Assembly: GCA_026914245.1 (NCBI GenBank)
Contig: CP110439.1
Span: forward strand, 2,914,001 to 2,978,000
DNA: 64,000 nt
Direction of reading: 5' to 3'
Source of the DNA: Puccinia triticina
Lineage: Eukaryota
Shown here: one piece after another, positions 22,098-34,173 of the stretch
Layout: every line of letters begins with the position of its first letter
Numbering within the stretch: position 1 is the stretch's first letter
The notes under the pieces: generated by a model
The model's input: the letters and a program-made list of their open reading frames with translations, nothing else
Database searches by the model: none
Told to the model about the DNA's origin: nothing
Translations under genes and position numbers: made by a program

Positions 22098-25000
22098 CTA
22101 GATCTATTGCGCCTTGATTGTCGACGCCCACCAGAATGTTTGTCGGTGTGTATCCTAGGCTGAGTTCTGAAATTAGACTTGTGAGCCAGGCAATTTCTCT
22201 CCCTAGATCAGAGAGGGCCTTGTACTCGGCTTTGGTTGAGGATAGCAAAACAGTAGCCTGTCGGCTGGCTTTCCACGAAAGTACTTGCTTGTTGGTGAGA
22301 ATAACATAGCTGGTTGCCAATCTTCTTGTGTCCGGGAAGTTGCCCCAGTCAGCGTCAATGTTTGCTCGGATCGAGAGGCTGGGTTCTTTGGTGAAGACAA
22401 GCCCCACTTGTTTGGTGCCGGACAGGTAGCGAAACACTTGCTCAGCCGCCCGATAGTGCTGGATCCCAGGCGACTCGAGGTGCTGTGACAAGACGCTGAC
22501 TGCGTAAGAGATATCCGGGCGTGTGAGCATGCTGAGGTAGTTGAGGGAGCCCACGATGGCGCGATAGTTGACATCAAGATTCTTCAGTTCTTCAACTTCA
22601 GCGGCGGTGGCCTTCTTCAGATGAGTCTTTGGGTTGAGGGGACACAATGCTGGTGGTGCTGGGTCTAGTCCAAATTCAACGAGCTTTCTTTCCACGTATT
22701 GTGTTTGATGAATGTGGAGACCAGCTGAATTCCTGTTGATGTTCATTCCCAAGAGAAATTCAGCAGACCCAAGGTACTTTATATCAAATTCTTGCTCAAT
22801 CTCTTTCTTGAGAGCGAGAGGATCTTGGCTGACTATGACTAAGTCGTCGATGTGAGCATATATCCAGGTGGCGGGTTGAGAGGGTAGCTCAGGGCGGTGA
22901 AAGACACATGGATCAGAGATTGTTGCTTTGAAGTTGACCGATTCTAGGAAAGCGCTCAGACGCTTGTACCAGACAAGCAAGGCTTGCTTGAGGCCATAGA
23001 TGGCCTTGCGCAGCTCGAAGATTGTGCCTGGTGGGCACGGGTAGCCTTGAGGCGGAAGGAGCCTGACCGTGTCCGTGAGAGGACAGGTGAGGAACGCGCT
23101 GCAAACATCTAACTGGTGGATTAGCAGATTTTTGTTTACTGCGAACAACAGCAGCAGACGGAGCGAGGCCGTTTTGCCCGTGGGGGCGTATTTCAGCTCG
23201 AAATTGACACCTAATGTCTGGCAAAAACCTTGAGCGCAAATACGCGCCTTGTATTCTACGATCTGATTGTCAGCACCCAACTTCTTGTGGTACACCCAAG
23301 TGGATGCTATGGGTGAGTCTTCAGGTTTGCGGGGTCGTTCGACCCAGACTTGGTGTTTTTTCATGTTATTGATCTCTTTGAGCTCAGCCTCCATCCAGTG
23401 TTGCTTCTCCGCGCTCATCATTGCCATGTTGTGCAATTTCGGATCAATGGTGACGGATATGTAGCAAGCCTGTTGGCGCGTGCGGCCTCCGGGTATGATG
23501 TTGTGCTCTTCAATGGCGCTTTCTATCGGCTTTTCAGGTCTGAATCCTTGAACATATACCCAGCGTTTTCCGGGCTCAGGGCTGATTGGATGGTCAATGG
23601 TCTCATCTTCTGGTTCAGCTTGTGCATCTTCTTGGATCTTCTCGACTTCATCAAAGGGAAGTATCAGGTCTGACTGAAAGATTGGGAGTGTGCCCTTGTC
23701 CCTTTGGGGAGAAACGTTAACGCTCCTGTTGAGAGCTTGACAGGCTGGGAAGTTGTTCTCTTTGAATTCCACTTGCCTGGAACAGATGACCTTTTGATCA
23801 GAGTGACGAAGCACTCTGTAGGACGAGAGTTCATTGGAGTAGCCGAGAAATGACCCGTCCCAGGCGATAGCGTCAAATTTTTCATCGCGATTAGCTTTTG
23901 GTTTCAGGGCACATGCTCTGCAACCGAAGGGCTTGAGAAAGTGAGGATTGGGCTTCTGTTTGAGAAAGAGCTGAATAGGCGGACAGCGACTCTTGGTGAG
24001 GGAAGGAAGACAATTGGTGGTGTTGGCAGCTGTGATTACTGCTTCGCCCCACCACTCTGCTGCCATGTTGGATTGAATCAAAATGCAGCAGGTCATTTCG
24101 ATGATCGTCCGATTGGCCCGCTCCGCGATGCCGTTGTGTTGCGGAGTGTAAGGGGGAGAGACATTGTGCTGTATACCTTCCTCCTGGAGTACGTCACCAA
24201 GTGCCTTGTTGCAGAATTCACCGCCGCCGTCGGTGACCAGCTTTTTGATTTGGTTACCAGTCTGTTTCTCGAAGAACGTCTTGTAGTCAAGGATTGCCTT
24301 GGTGGCATCTGATTTTTCCGACAGGAGACTGATGTTAATAAATCCCGTGTGCTGATCTACTAATGTGAGAAAGTAGCGGGCACCGCCATTGGTGGCTGGG
24401 CTGATTGGACCCACTAGGTCACCATGGATGACTTCAAGTGATTGTTCAGTCGGGCTGAAGTGCCCTTTGAATGGCAGTTTTGTCATCTTTCCTTTTTGAC
24501 AGGTGTCACACGGAATCTTACTGGCCATGAGCATGGGATTGTCAACGATGGATTGAATACGGGCCGCACTGGCGTGGCCGAGTCTTCTGTGCCACATCAT
24601 GAAGTCGCTTGATGAGGTGGTGGTGGCTAGGGCTTTTGCTGATTTGGGTTGAAGACCAACAACTTCAAAGAGGTTCTTGCTTGTGTCTACGCAAATGGTG
24701 TTGTCGACCATTTAGAGTGATGAACATTATGCCTCTTTCAGCTACGATGTCAGCCTTTTCTTTGATGAGTTGTGCAAACAACACAAGGTTGGTGGACAGG
24801 TTTGGGACGTATAATGAGTCATGGAGGGTGATCATTGTGTTGTCCTTGAGCATTAGCCAAGCCGTGCCTTTCCTTGTTGCCATAAGGCTTGCAGTTTCTT
24901 TTCCAGAGCCCGTAACGATGTAGACAAGCGTAGGTTCGGATTCCGTGAAGAAGTCTAGCGAGTTGAACATATGCTGACTTGCTCCAGAGTTGAGGATAAC

Positions 25001-25938
25001 GGAGTCAAGACTGGTTTTCTCACTGCTGGTGTGGTATGTGTAGTGCTTGCTCGGACCAGGGTTGGATGGATTGGCTCCTGCCGCTGTTGTATTGTAGGTC
25101 ACGGCTTTCGCTCTTTTGACTGGTCTGAGCTCTGGATGGATCGTCCAGCATTGACTCTCCTCATGTGCTGCATCGGGGTTGTGTTTTCCGCCTTTGCAGC
25201 TGACGTAGGGTCTCTTCCTGTTTTGCGCGGTTGTGGCCAGGGCCAGGCCATGAGTGGTGCTCGCCAATCAAAGTTGACTTTTGCCAGATTTGACCAAGTC
25301 ATGATTGGTGATCTGTCTGAGTTTTGAGATCAACAGGAATGGGTTCTTAAGCGTGTCGATGTCGCCAGGCAGTTGCTCCATGAGGGCAGGGCGCTGATTG
25401 GTGAGCTTCTCCATAATTGTGACACTGACAAGTTCTTGCATTACATTGACTCCGATGGTTGAGATTTCGGCTAGTGCCGCTTTGACTTTCAGGAGGTATT
25501 TGAGTAAGTCATTGTCGAAGGTTATTCGGCTATAGTTGACCCATACTCTGTAGATGCCGTAGATATTTGCCGCGGCATAATTTTCCTTGATACGTTTCCA
25601 GATCTTGAAGGGGTCTCTGCCGCAGATGGTCGCAAGACTGTTGAAGATTTCCGGAATGATTTTGGAACTGAAGATAAGCCAGACTTCTAAGATGTGGCTC
25701 TTGGTCTTCTCAGTAGCCTCCTCAGGATTTTCAATTTCCTTTTCGCAAATATACCACAGCTTTTTATACTCAAGGTAAGCGTGCATTGTGTGGTGCCAGA
25801 TGGTATAGTTGTTCCCGTTGAAGGTGGGGATTGTGATGATTTATTTTTTGTCTTTCTTGTTTGCGGCTGAGTTGCTAGACATGTCGTTCGTCCTGCTCTT
25901 TGTTGCTGATTGAGTGGTTTGAGGTTAACTCGTCGAGT

Positions 25939-25952
25939 CGAGACTGTAAATC
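25939..25952 (-). promoter_or_regulatory. Copia PBS complementary to tRNA-Tyr positions 27-40 (half-tRNA primer)
   Basis: GATTTACAGTCTCG directly after the 5' LTR; identical to 3186-3199 of the Gypsy-A tRNA-Tyr complement. Confidence 0.82.
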
Positions 25953-27407
25953 TGTAAGATTTGTGACAACTAAGAGCATATTTCTTTGTTAGATGACTAT
26001 TCTGAGAACCATTTACAATGGAATTGATGTTTGATATCGGTTTAGAGAGGCATGAGACTGAATTTACCTAAGAGCAGGACGAAGAAGGTCCTGACTTGGC
26101 TGACTGAATGAACTGAGAAAAAGAAGGAAAAGTTATTGATTGATGATGATCAACTGGGAGATTTTGACCAAGGATGATTGATCTGGAGAGATGCAACTGT
26201 CTGTCTGGTCGTCAGCTCGACATCATTCTAAGAGCTGCTTGGGTGGATTATTCTCACCTGTCTGGTTGACAAGAATAGCCTAGTCTTTCGTGCAACCATG
26301 GTTATCCTGAGCTGGTGAGGGAATTGGTCAATGCCTATTACATTCAAGTATGTGCATCAGACCTTGCTCTATTCTGGGGTTCTATAAGGATAACTGTTGC
26401 AACGTACTTAATGAAATTAAGACTGTTTCTGGTGGCTAACGGCAATGAGATTCTGTGGGCAAGTGAGCTGTGTGTTTGCAATGGGATGACTGATTAGCCT
26501 GAGGTCTGCTCTGACGGGCAAATGGCAGCTCCTTAAATACTCACAAGTCCATCTTGTGGATTGTCTCGTTTGCCTTGGGCCGTTCGTTGTTCCCGGTGGG
26601 TCGCGAGGCTTGGGGCCGTTCACTTGGTGAGCGGTGGCTCGTACCATCTCCATTATCTAGAGAGGGGAGGCTGAGGATTAGTAACATCTCTTGGATGCAC
26701 AGAATCTGAGACTATACTGCTTACCTTGCTGTGCAAGATAGCTTGTATCTCCCTTGCTACGCTTCGATGAAGGTGCGACGGGTTTGATACTCTGACAATG
26801 ACCAATGATGACCATTTCTAGTGCTCCTCTGATGAACCCACAGCAAATCTGGCTGTCCCACATGCCGCCAACTGAGACCGCGGCAGGTCCGGGGTTGACT
26901 TGTGCACCAAGAGCGTCTTCAGGAACTTCGACAAACTCAGCAAGGACGTTCTTGTTGAAGGAGAGGGTAAATCCAAGCAAGCCGCTTGTCACTTGTGGGT
27001 TGCGGCTGGCATGAGGCGAGTAGCCCAGGAACATTTTGAAGGCTACCTTTGACACCACCTCGCCCACCTCGCGAAAGTTGCTGCATCGCGACAGCAAGGA
27101 CCGCGCTAGGAGATCTATCCGTCTGGTTGATTTGTTGTATCCCCTGTGTAACGTGCCAATCACATGAAAAGAATGAACTTTACACATGAAATCTCTCTTA
27201 TCTCTGCGCGCAAGAACGCTGAGTTTTCCCAATTTCCCGATTGCCCTATCTATTCCAGAGTTCGCTTGGTTGGTTTCTTAGGGCTCATCACTGCCAGTGG
27301 CTCTGCGTTTGTTTCTTTCAGACAATTTGTTTTTGAGTGCTTCTGTCGCCGCTGAGCATCAGGCAGGGCAGGCGCCAAGGAGAATGTCATTGTGGGTGGA
27401 GCAGGCT

Positions 27408-27818
27408 GGGTCCACCTGTTTGCCTGGCTCAGCTTGGCGAGCAGCGCAGGCAACAACAGCGCCAGCTAGGATTCTACACGGCGCATCGCAATGTGAAGCC
27501 AATACTTCATCCAAACCCCGATTGGCACGAGTTAGTCAGGGCGAGGATGGTGTGGCGCGCGGGCGGGCAGGGGCCTGGTCGGATCACGCTGTGACTGACG
27601 AGAATTTCATGGAGCGGGTGGGGCAGGGTCCACCTGTTTGCCTGGCTCAGCTTGGCGAGCAGCACAGGCAACAACAGCGCCAGCTAGGATTCTACGCGGC
27701 GCATCGCAATGTGAAGCCAATACTTCATCCAAACCCCAATTGGCACGAGTTTAGTTGGGGAGAGGATGGTGTGGCGCACGGGTGGGCAGGGGCCTGGTTG
27801 GATGACGCTGTGGCTGAC
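27408..27818. repeat. Tandem duplication, ~218-bp period, inside the Helitron
   Basis: gggtccacctgtttgcctggctcagcttggcgagc... at 27408 and 27626. Confidence 0.9.
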
Positions 27819-28388
27819 AAGTTTAGAAAATGCTTGGTTCACCCAGCCTGCTCTTTGATGGGATGTACGTGTAGGGGTTGAACTCGGCAATGGCTACAGT
27901 TGCAGTAGAGGTTGCTTAGAACATGAGGGAGTACGGAAGAATGGCTTGTATGTTGGCAATGGTTGTTAGAAGCCGACGAAGTGATGTTTGGTTTAGCCAC
28001 ATACTCATGGAGTTTGTGAGACGAGGTGGGGAGTGTGTCATGGCAATAGTCGGGATGCACCAGAACTTGAGGCGATGAAGAGCGCGGGATATAAATACGG
28101 GGGGTGAGTCAACAGTTTTTGCCTCAGGCAATTCCTCCAGCTGCAATTCCAGTCGCGAGTTGCCTCAACCCCCTCCGCTGTTGCACTTGCGCAGTCTGAG
28201 GGGGCTTCATTCGGTGGCCCCCCTTCTGCATAATGCCTTTGCGGCGCGCTGGGGGTCATCCTCCCACTGTTTTTTAACCCTGCTAGACAGGGATGGACAG
28301 TGGGCCACGGTGCATCAGCTTGCTGATGTTGGGTGGCTTGGTGGGGGTTACTTTTTGGCAATTTTATCTTTTTTTTGTAGGTATTAGA

Positions 28389-30213
28389 TCTTGTATCATT
28401 TGTTTTGTAAAGGGGAAACCCTTGATTTTTTTTTTTGTGATTTTTGTCAATTTGTAGGGGAAACCCTTGAAGTTTTGGTTTCATGATTCACAGGCTTTAA
28501 TATACTTGGATATGCTCAATATTTCAATCAGAATTTGGTTAAAGAAATCTTCTACTTGTGCTAGAGGCTCATTGTGGTCAATGAGTTCCTCTAGTTTTTC
28601 TGTCTTATTTTGTTTATTACTTTCTTTTGTTTCTCTGGGTGGTTTCTCAGTGGGTTCCTGCTTGTTTAAGCGTTGGACTTCTTGGCGCACTGTCTTAGGT
28701 TTCTGTTTAGGAATACTATTGTTTTCTCGGACTATAAAATGTGATTCTCGACTACTAACATTATTATTATGTTGCTCATTCGCTTGTGGATAGGGCTTTA
28801 TAGTAGAAGGTATCACAACAGGTTCTTTAGTATATGGAATAGCAAGTTCTTTAACGGACAATAAGACGGGATCAGGGTGTAGGACATGTTCAGGTATATG
28901 GACGGGGTCAGACGGTGCAACAGGCTCAGTGTTATTAAACAAGTTGGAAGACAAGGTGATGGGGTCAGGCTGGTTAGTTTCCTGGTCTACTCCTCAATGG
29001 TGTCTTTGACTTCCATTAATACTCAAGCCATTCTGAACGTCTCCTTCCACTTGTTCTCGCCGCTCTTCGGTTTTTGCTCATATGTTTTCGAGTCCGACGC
29101 TTTTGGTTTGGAGCGGTCGATATTCAGAATATTGTAAGGTTTTCTTGTTCTTGCTCTCTTTGTTTACCTTTATATCCTTCTTGTTGTTTTTGAGGACTCT
29201 GATGTGTTTGCGCTCCGTGTACAGGTTCCAGCCGTCCGAGTGCTTTGTTAAGATTTCCTTCCACGGGAGAAATTTCTGGACAACCCGGAACAAAGAGATC
29301 ACTTGTTTGAGGTAGGACTTGAGTAAGTCCATTTTGTCGTAATCCTTTGTGTTCAGATAAGCGGCCTTCGTCGCTTTGAAGATCGCTATTGCATCCCCCT
29401 GCGCTTTGTTCAGGACTGGGGCCGAGCAATGTCAGTATAGATTTGTCGGCTTGTGTGTTTTTGGAGGGGGTGTTTGCTAACTTTGAGGGGGTTTCTCGGT
29501 TATTATGTCGAGCTTGTCCTCCTCACCCTCTTCCTTTTCCTCGGCCTCTTTTGGTGGGGGGAGCGTTTGCAGAGTGGTCTTTACCTGATCTGGTATCGAC
29601 CATGTTCAAGGATTAGGTGTTAGTTTTGTTTTTATTTATGTTTGCGTTGGTTGACTAAAAGAAATCTAACCTTCGAGCAATCTAAGCGCCGCGGCCTTTG
29701 GGTCGAATTGTTTCTCGATGATTCGAGCTGGTAATGTTGCCAGGTGCGGTCTCTTCTTCTCCTGGTATGGGCTGAGGAAGAAGCCAAGTGATAGCAAGGC
29801 TGTTTGTTCGCCGTTCTTTGCTGGCTTGTCTGTGGTCGCGGTCTTTGGATCGGCGGATTTTGTTGTATCCAGGTGGTTGTTGGCTGGTTAAGCGGCTGGC
29901 ACGGGAGCAGACACTAGACTCGCGGTGAAAAAGGAAAAAAAAAAAAAAAACGTAAAATATATGTTTTGTACAGTTTAGTTTTATGTATTTTTATATGTAT
30001 TTTATTGTTTTTTATCTCTATTGCACAATATGTCAGAAACAAGGAAAAAACTCGTACTTGTTTAGTGGATTTAATTGGTTTTTATGTAAAAACTGAAGTA
30101 CTGACGGCAAAAATATGGGGATAATTGCTAAAAATAAGGAAAAAACCTCAGAAAAAAATCAGTTTTATCCTTGACAGGTACTTTGGGTAAAAAAACACAA
30201 TGAGGCCCCCAAA
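28389..30213 (-). pseudogene. Gypsy-B leader and degenerate gag N-terminus
   Basis: MVDTRSGK start ~29603, broken ORFs to ~28390; PBS-like TGGGGGCCTC 2 nt after ..CTGTCA (30214). Confidence 0.65.
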
Positions 30214-31924
30214 TGACAGCTCTGTTTATGAAGCTTAGGGCAAAAAAACCGTCAAAATAAGGATTTTGGGCCCCAGCACTATAACTGTGCTGATGTAAAC
30301 ACTGGTAATTTAAATTACCAAGCTTGTTATGTGGCAAATATGGCCACTACAAAGGTTTGAACTCTCTGTAACAGAGGAAAGATTAATTATGTAATTAATA
30401 ATATGTAATTATTAACGGACTTACTTCGTGCACTGCAAAAAGCTCTTCGCGCACTGTGCAGTGCGCGAAGTTTGCAAACACTTCGCGCACTGCGCGTGAA
30501 GGGCGCACCTTTTTCAAATTATTTCTTGACCAATCAATAGAAGAGCTTATTATTGTCCTCTGTGAATTTATTTGGAGTTTTTTGAAGCTTCCTTGTATGC
30601 TTAAAAATCCCACCAATAAATAAAACAAGTACAGCCATTTGGGGACCTGGAATTCATATTCCCACAGGCCAAAAAATCCAAATAATTCAGTGAATCATAT
30701 TAAATATGTATTTAAAAGTTTGAGAACTTTTTGGCCACTTTGTACAAGGAAAAGGCTTTCAAAAACCAGTAACTTTTTCTCAAGATATGCCAAAATGCGC
30801 CAGTAAGTGGTTAACTTTCCTAATTTTTGAAAGCCTTATTCTTGCACAAAGTGGCCAAAAAACTCTAAAAAGTTTGAATTCATATGTATCATGATTCACT
30901 AAATTATTTGGATTTTTTGACTGGTGGGAATATGGATTCCAGGTCCCCAAGTGACTGTACTTGTTTATTTTATTGGTGGAATTTCTAAGCATACAGAGAA
31001 GCTTCAAAAAACTCCAAATAAATTCACAGAGGACAAAAATAAGCTTTTCTATTGATTGATCAAAAAATAATTTGAAAAATTTGCGCCCTTCACGCACAGT
31101 GCGCGAAGTGTTTGCAAACTTTGCGCACTGCACAGTGCGCGAAGAGCTTTTCGCAGTGCGCAAAGTAAGTCCGATTATTAATTACAGGGAATTAATTTGG
31201 CGTAAAAGTAGGTGGTAAGCGCTTAAACTGATTGGCTGCTTGACAGAGGCGGAGGTCTTATGGCAACTGCTTGTAAGGATAAATCTTTAAATATGCTAAT
31301 AAGGGATTTTTGATGATTTAAAGGGTTTAATCCAGTGGATTTTACGTGCTGGGGATGGTTTATAAGGGAAAGGGGCTACAATAGTAGCAGGGGAGAATAT
31401 TCACGGCAAACTTACAGTTTCTGGGCGGTGAATGGTCTGGGGGATCTTTTCCTGAGGGCCAAATAGGCCTCTATTTATAGAGGGGACTTCAGTGGGCGTA
31501 ACCACTAAGTCCTTTTCTCCCTATGGGGGTATCCTGAGGTGTAGCCGTGAACAGGGCTTAGCTGTGGGCAAATTATTTGTATTGTAATAGACTAATTTCC
31601 CTGACTCATGTTTATAGCCAATTGTCATGTGAAAGAGCTTCAGTAGAAGTCTACATAATACTTTCACGGGGTATTTTTACACAACTAATATTACTCATCA
31701 ATTTACAACAGTTTATTTTTATGTACTTTGTTTGTTTTACTAAATTTTTGTATGTAATACTATTTTTGGGCGCTTTCTGGGGCCAATTCTTATTTATACA
31801 ATTAGTACATGAAGGAATAGGAATAAGGGGTTACTTTGAGTGGGTGACCCCCCTTAATTTATGATGAGGAATCTAATTCTGCAATAATAATTTAATAATT
31901 ATTATTATTTACTAAGTTATTGCA
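30214..31924 (-). repeat. Probable Gypsy-B 5' LTR, interrupted by a foldback element
   Basis: CA end next to the PBS; minus-strand TATAAATA ~31472-31479; right boundary uncertain. Confidence 0.5.
30416..31173. mobile_element. Foldback DNA transposon with 8-bp TSD
   Basis: Long inverted arms of roughly 350 bp, CGGACTTACTT...AAGTAAGTCCG; ATTATTAA at 30408-30415 and 31174-31181. Confidence 0.9.
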
Positions 31925-31929
31925 GTCTT

Positions 31930-33184
31930 TTGGATACTTGATGTATCTCTAAGGCTGACAGCACTCAATGGTCAAGGTCTGCCTGGGGGTTCAGACACAT
32001 GAAGCTGGCTTTAAAAAATGCCTTGAACTACTTTCAGACCCACTAGTTGATACTCCAACAATGCCAAACAATGTCATTCAAGCCATCAAGAATTGCAATC
32101 ACTTTACAGAAAATCAGACTCTTGTATCTCTCTTGATGCCAATAATAGATTCAATTTCTAGCTTGGAACGTACAGAGACTACTCTTTCTGAAATCTGGAA
32201 GGAGCTTCTAATTGCTCACAAGACCATCCAAAAGGTCAATTTCTACTCTTGCTTTGAAGCTTTCAAAAGACACTGTCTTGAAACACTAGAATCACAGAAA
32301 GTGGACCACAATGATGTCTATGTGATGTCTATGTTGTGGCCTTTTTTCTTCACCCTAAATACTGCTGTGTTACTGTCTCAAAAAAACATTCCCTTTCAGA
32401 GGTCACTCAAATGATCATCCAAATTGCAAAACAATTCAAGCTCACCAAAGGCAAGGCTCTTACTCTACAAGATGCTACCAATCAACATTACAACCGGCTT
32501 TATCCTTACAACTCAAAGAATGTTGATTAGCCATTGGATTACTGGATGACAGTTCCTGAAACACCCAAGTCAAATGCTTTAAAAAAGCTATCCATCAGTC
32601 TCCTTGAAATTGTTCCTCATGCTGCCGGAGTTGAGGGCCTATTTTCAATGATGAATGTGATTAAAACAAAATCTTGCAATCAAATGTCTACAACCAAGTT
32701 GAAGATGATGACTCAACTCAAGCTTCATCTACTTCAAGGTGATTCATTGCTCAACAACAGAAAAAAAAAAAAAAAAAAAGACAGAAAAGACTCTACATCC
32801 AAATACAAAAACATGAATATTTATGACACATTTCTCACCACAACAGAATTGGAAGAATTTGAAAACAGAACAGCTCTAGTTACTGTGCGGGAGAACACTT
32901 TCATGGAAACACTGTTTGATTTTGATAAATGGGAAAACCCCACTCCAGAAAATGACAGAATCAACCTTGATCAAATCCAAGAAGACCCTGCTAAAACCAA
33001 CTGGATCCCAGACAAAATTTGGGCACCTTGAACAATTTTCAATTTGTCTTTATATCTTCTTGTACATATTTTGCTCCTTTTATACATATGGAATCAATAT
33101 TTGAACCACAATCAAGCCTAAAAAATATTTGGTGGCGCCCGGTGTGCCGGGGCGCCGCCTGCCAAAGGCGCCATGCTCCGCCTA
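31930..33184 (+). pseudogene. hAT transposase remnant (C-terminal half) and probable 3' end
   Basis: Dimerisation-domain motif DYW..LKKLSISLLEIVPHAAGVEGLFS; stops and frameshifts; GC-rich end ...CCGCCTA. Confidence 0.8.
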
Positions 33185-34173
33185 AGGGGAAGGCACCCCT
33201 GGGCCCGCACCTGCACCAAACATGGCACCGTCAACCTTTATGTCAGCCCTGGTGGAGATGCCATGGCACACACACCAAAAACCACCCAATTATGTGACAT
33301 TTTGGCACTGATCAGACTTCAGCGGCTTCTTTGTGCAATTTTAATCCATGAAAGCTGTGCCAAATTCAAGTTTGGAGCTTGCCAGACATTCTGGCACCAA
33401 TATCATGAAACAGCCACCATTCCCCCTTGAGATATAGGGGCAGAAACACAACAAAAATACACAATTTGGGGATATTTTGAGTATCATCAGACTGTAAATG
33501 TGGCATTTTGGGATTTTCATGGCAAAAAGCTGACCCAAATTAGCCTTCCATCATTGGTGATCACATTGGAACCAATATCATGAAATGAATGTCAGCCCTG
33601 GTTGAGATATTGTGGCAGACACACCAAAAACTCCCCAATTAGGGTCCATGTTGAGGAGGAATCCTCCCCGGCACATCAGTAGCGGGCGTATCCCAACTTG
33701 TCATCTGGGGAGGTCCTCATTGGGAACGATTCATGTGTAACTCATACCATCCCAATGAAGAAAACCTCGCCGGTGTGATAGCCCGTTCATGTCGCTGGCA
33801 GGCGAGCCGCTTGCTGGCAATGTATTCTTCCACAAGAAGGTACAATATCGTTGAACATACCTCTTTGTTGAGGGATATCACCCCGGGGGAGCGGGTAGAC
33901 AATGCCACAAGGTGCAGCTGCTTGCCGGCGATGCATTCTTTGTTGAGACCACATCGTAAGTACCTTCTCGCCGTTCTGGCCGAAGGGAATGGCGATGTAG
34001 TAGGTTAATGTCTGCTAATGTAACATTTCATTATTTGTAATACTTTCCTCATTGGTAGCTGAAACATAAGGATCAGCATTTTCATTATGCATCTGGCAGG
34101 AAAACGGTTTCCTAATTACGTAGTACAAGTGTGGCCATTGTGTGTATTTCAGCGAGAATCAGTTTTTCTATTT

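Larger units (their letters stand above)
17111..25882 (-). pseudogene. Copia gag-pol, frameshifted and interrupted
   Basis: ATG 25882; PR ILNSGASQHM; GAG-pre-integrase WHRRLGH; IN HGDLVG, TDGGGEF, AERANR; RT AHIDDL; RNase H resumes at 17301 (TKHMDIRLHFVRE..ADFLTK) to stop at 17111. Confidence 0.93.
16216..26797 (-). mobile_element. Ty1/Copia LTR retrotransposon
   Basis: 845-bp TG..CA LTRs at 16216-17060 and 25953-26797 (about a dozen substitutions); 5-bp TSD ATGAC; order gag-PR-IN-RT-RH. Confidence 0.97.
16025..27115 (-). pseudogene. BET3: 5'-truncated BET3/TRAPPC3 gene fragment (exons ~27115-26813 and 16144-16025)
   Basis: LLARS..RCSNFREVGEVVSKVAFKMFLG..N.LAEFVEVP..ICCGFIRGALEM | VGMAIEAKFVLDVLCGKDKTDIKVKLINYLDDEILQADD*; the GT-AG intron between them holds the Copia. 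Confidence 0.88.
15351..28388 (-). mobile_element. Non-autonomous Helitron (~2.45 kb without the nested Copia)
   Basis: Minus-strand 3' end: hairpin GCGGCGAAGCCGC + 8 nt + CTAG|T at 15351. Candidate 5' end A|TCTAATACCTAC at 28388. No TSD; Gypsy-B gag lies on both sides. The 5' end is less certain. Confidence 0.72.

Noticed and set aside
26678..27232. 184-aa ORF as an intact BET3 gene
   Set aside because: N-terminus is non-homologous and the C-terminus reads into the Copia LTR; the true last exon is at 16025-16144.
33660..34010. GC-richer stretch as RNase P/MRP or U1 snRNA, or as a coding fragment
   Set aside because: No convincing P4 (CR-I/CR-V) pairing or U1 structure; translations are broken and unrecognised.
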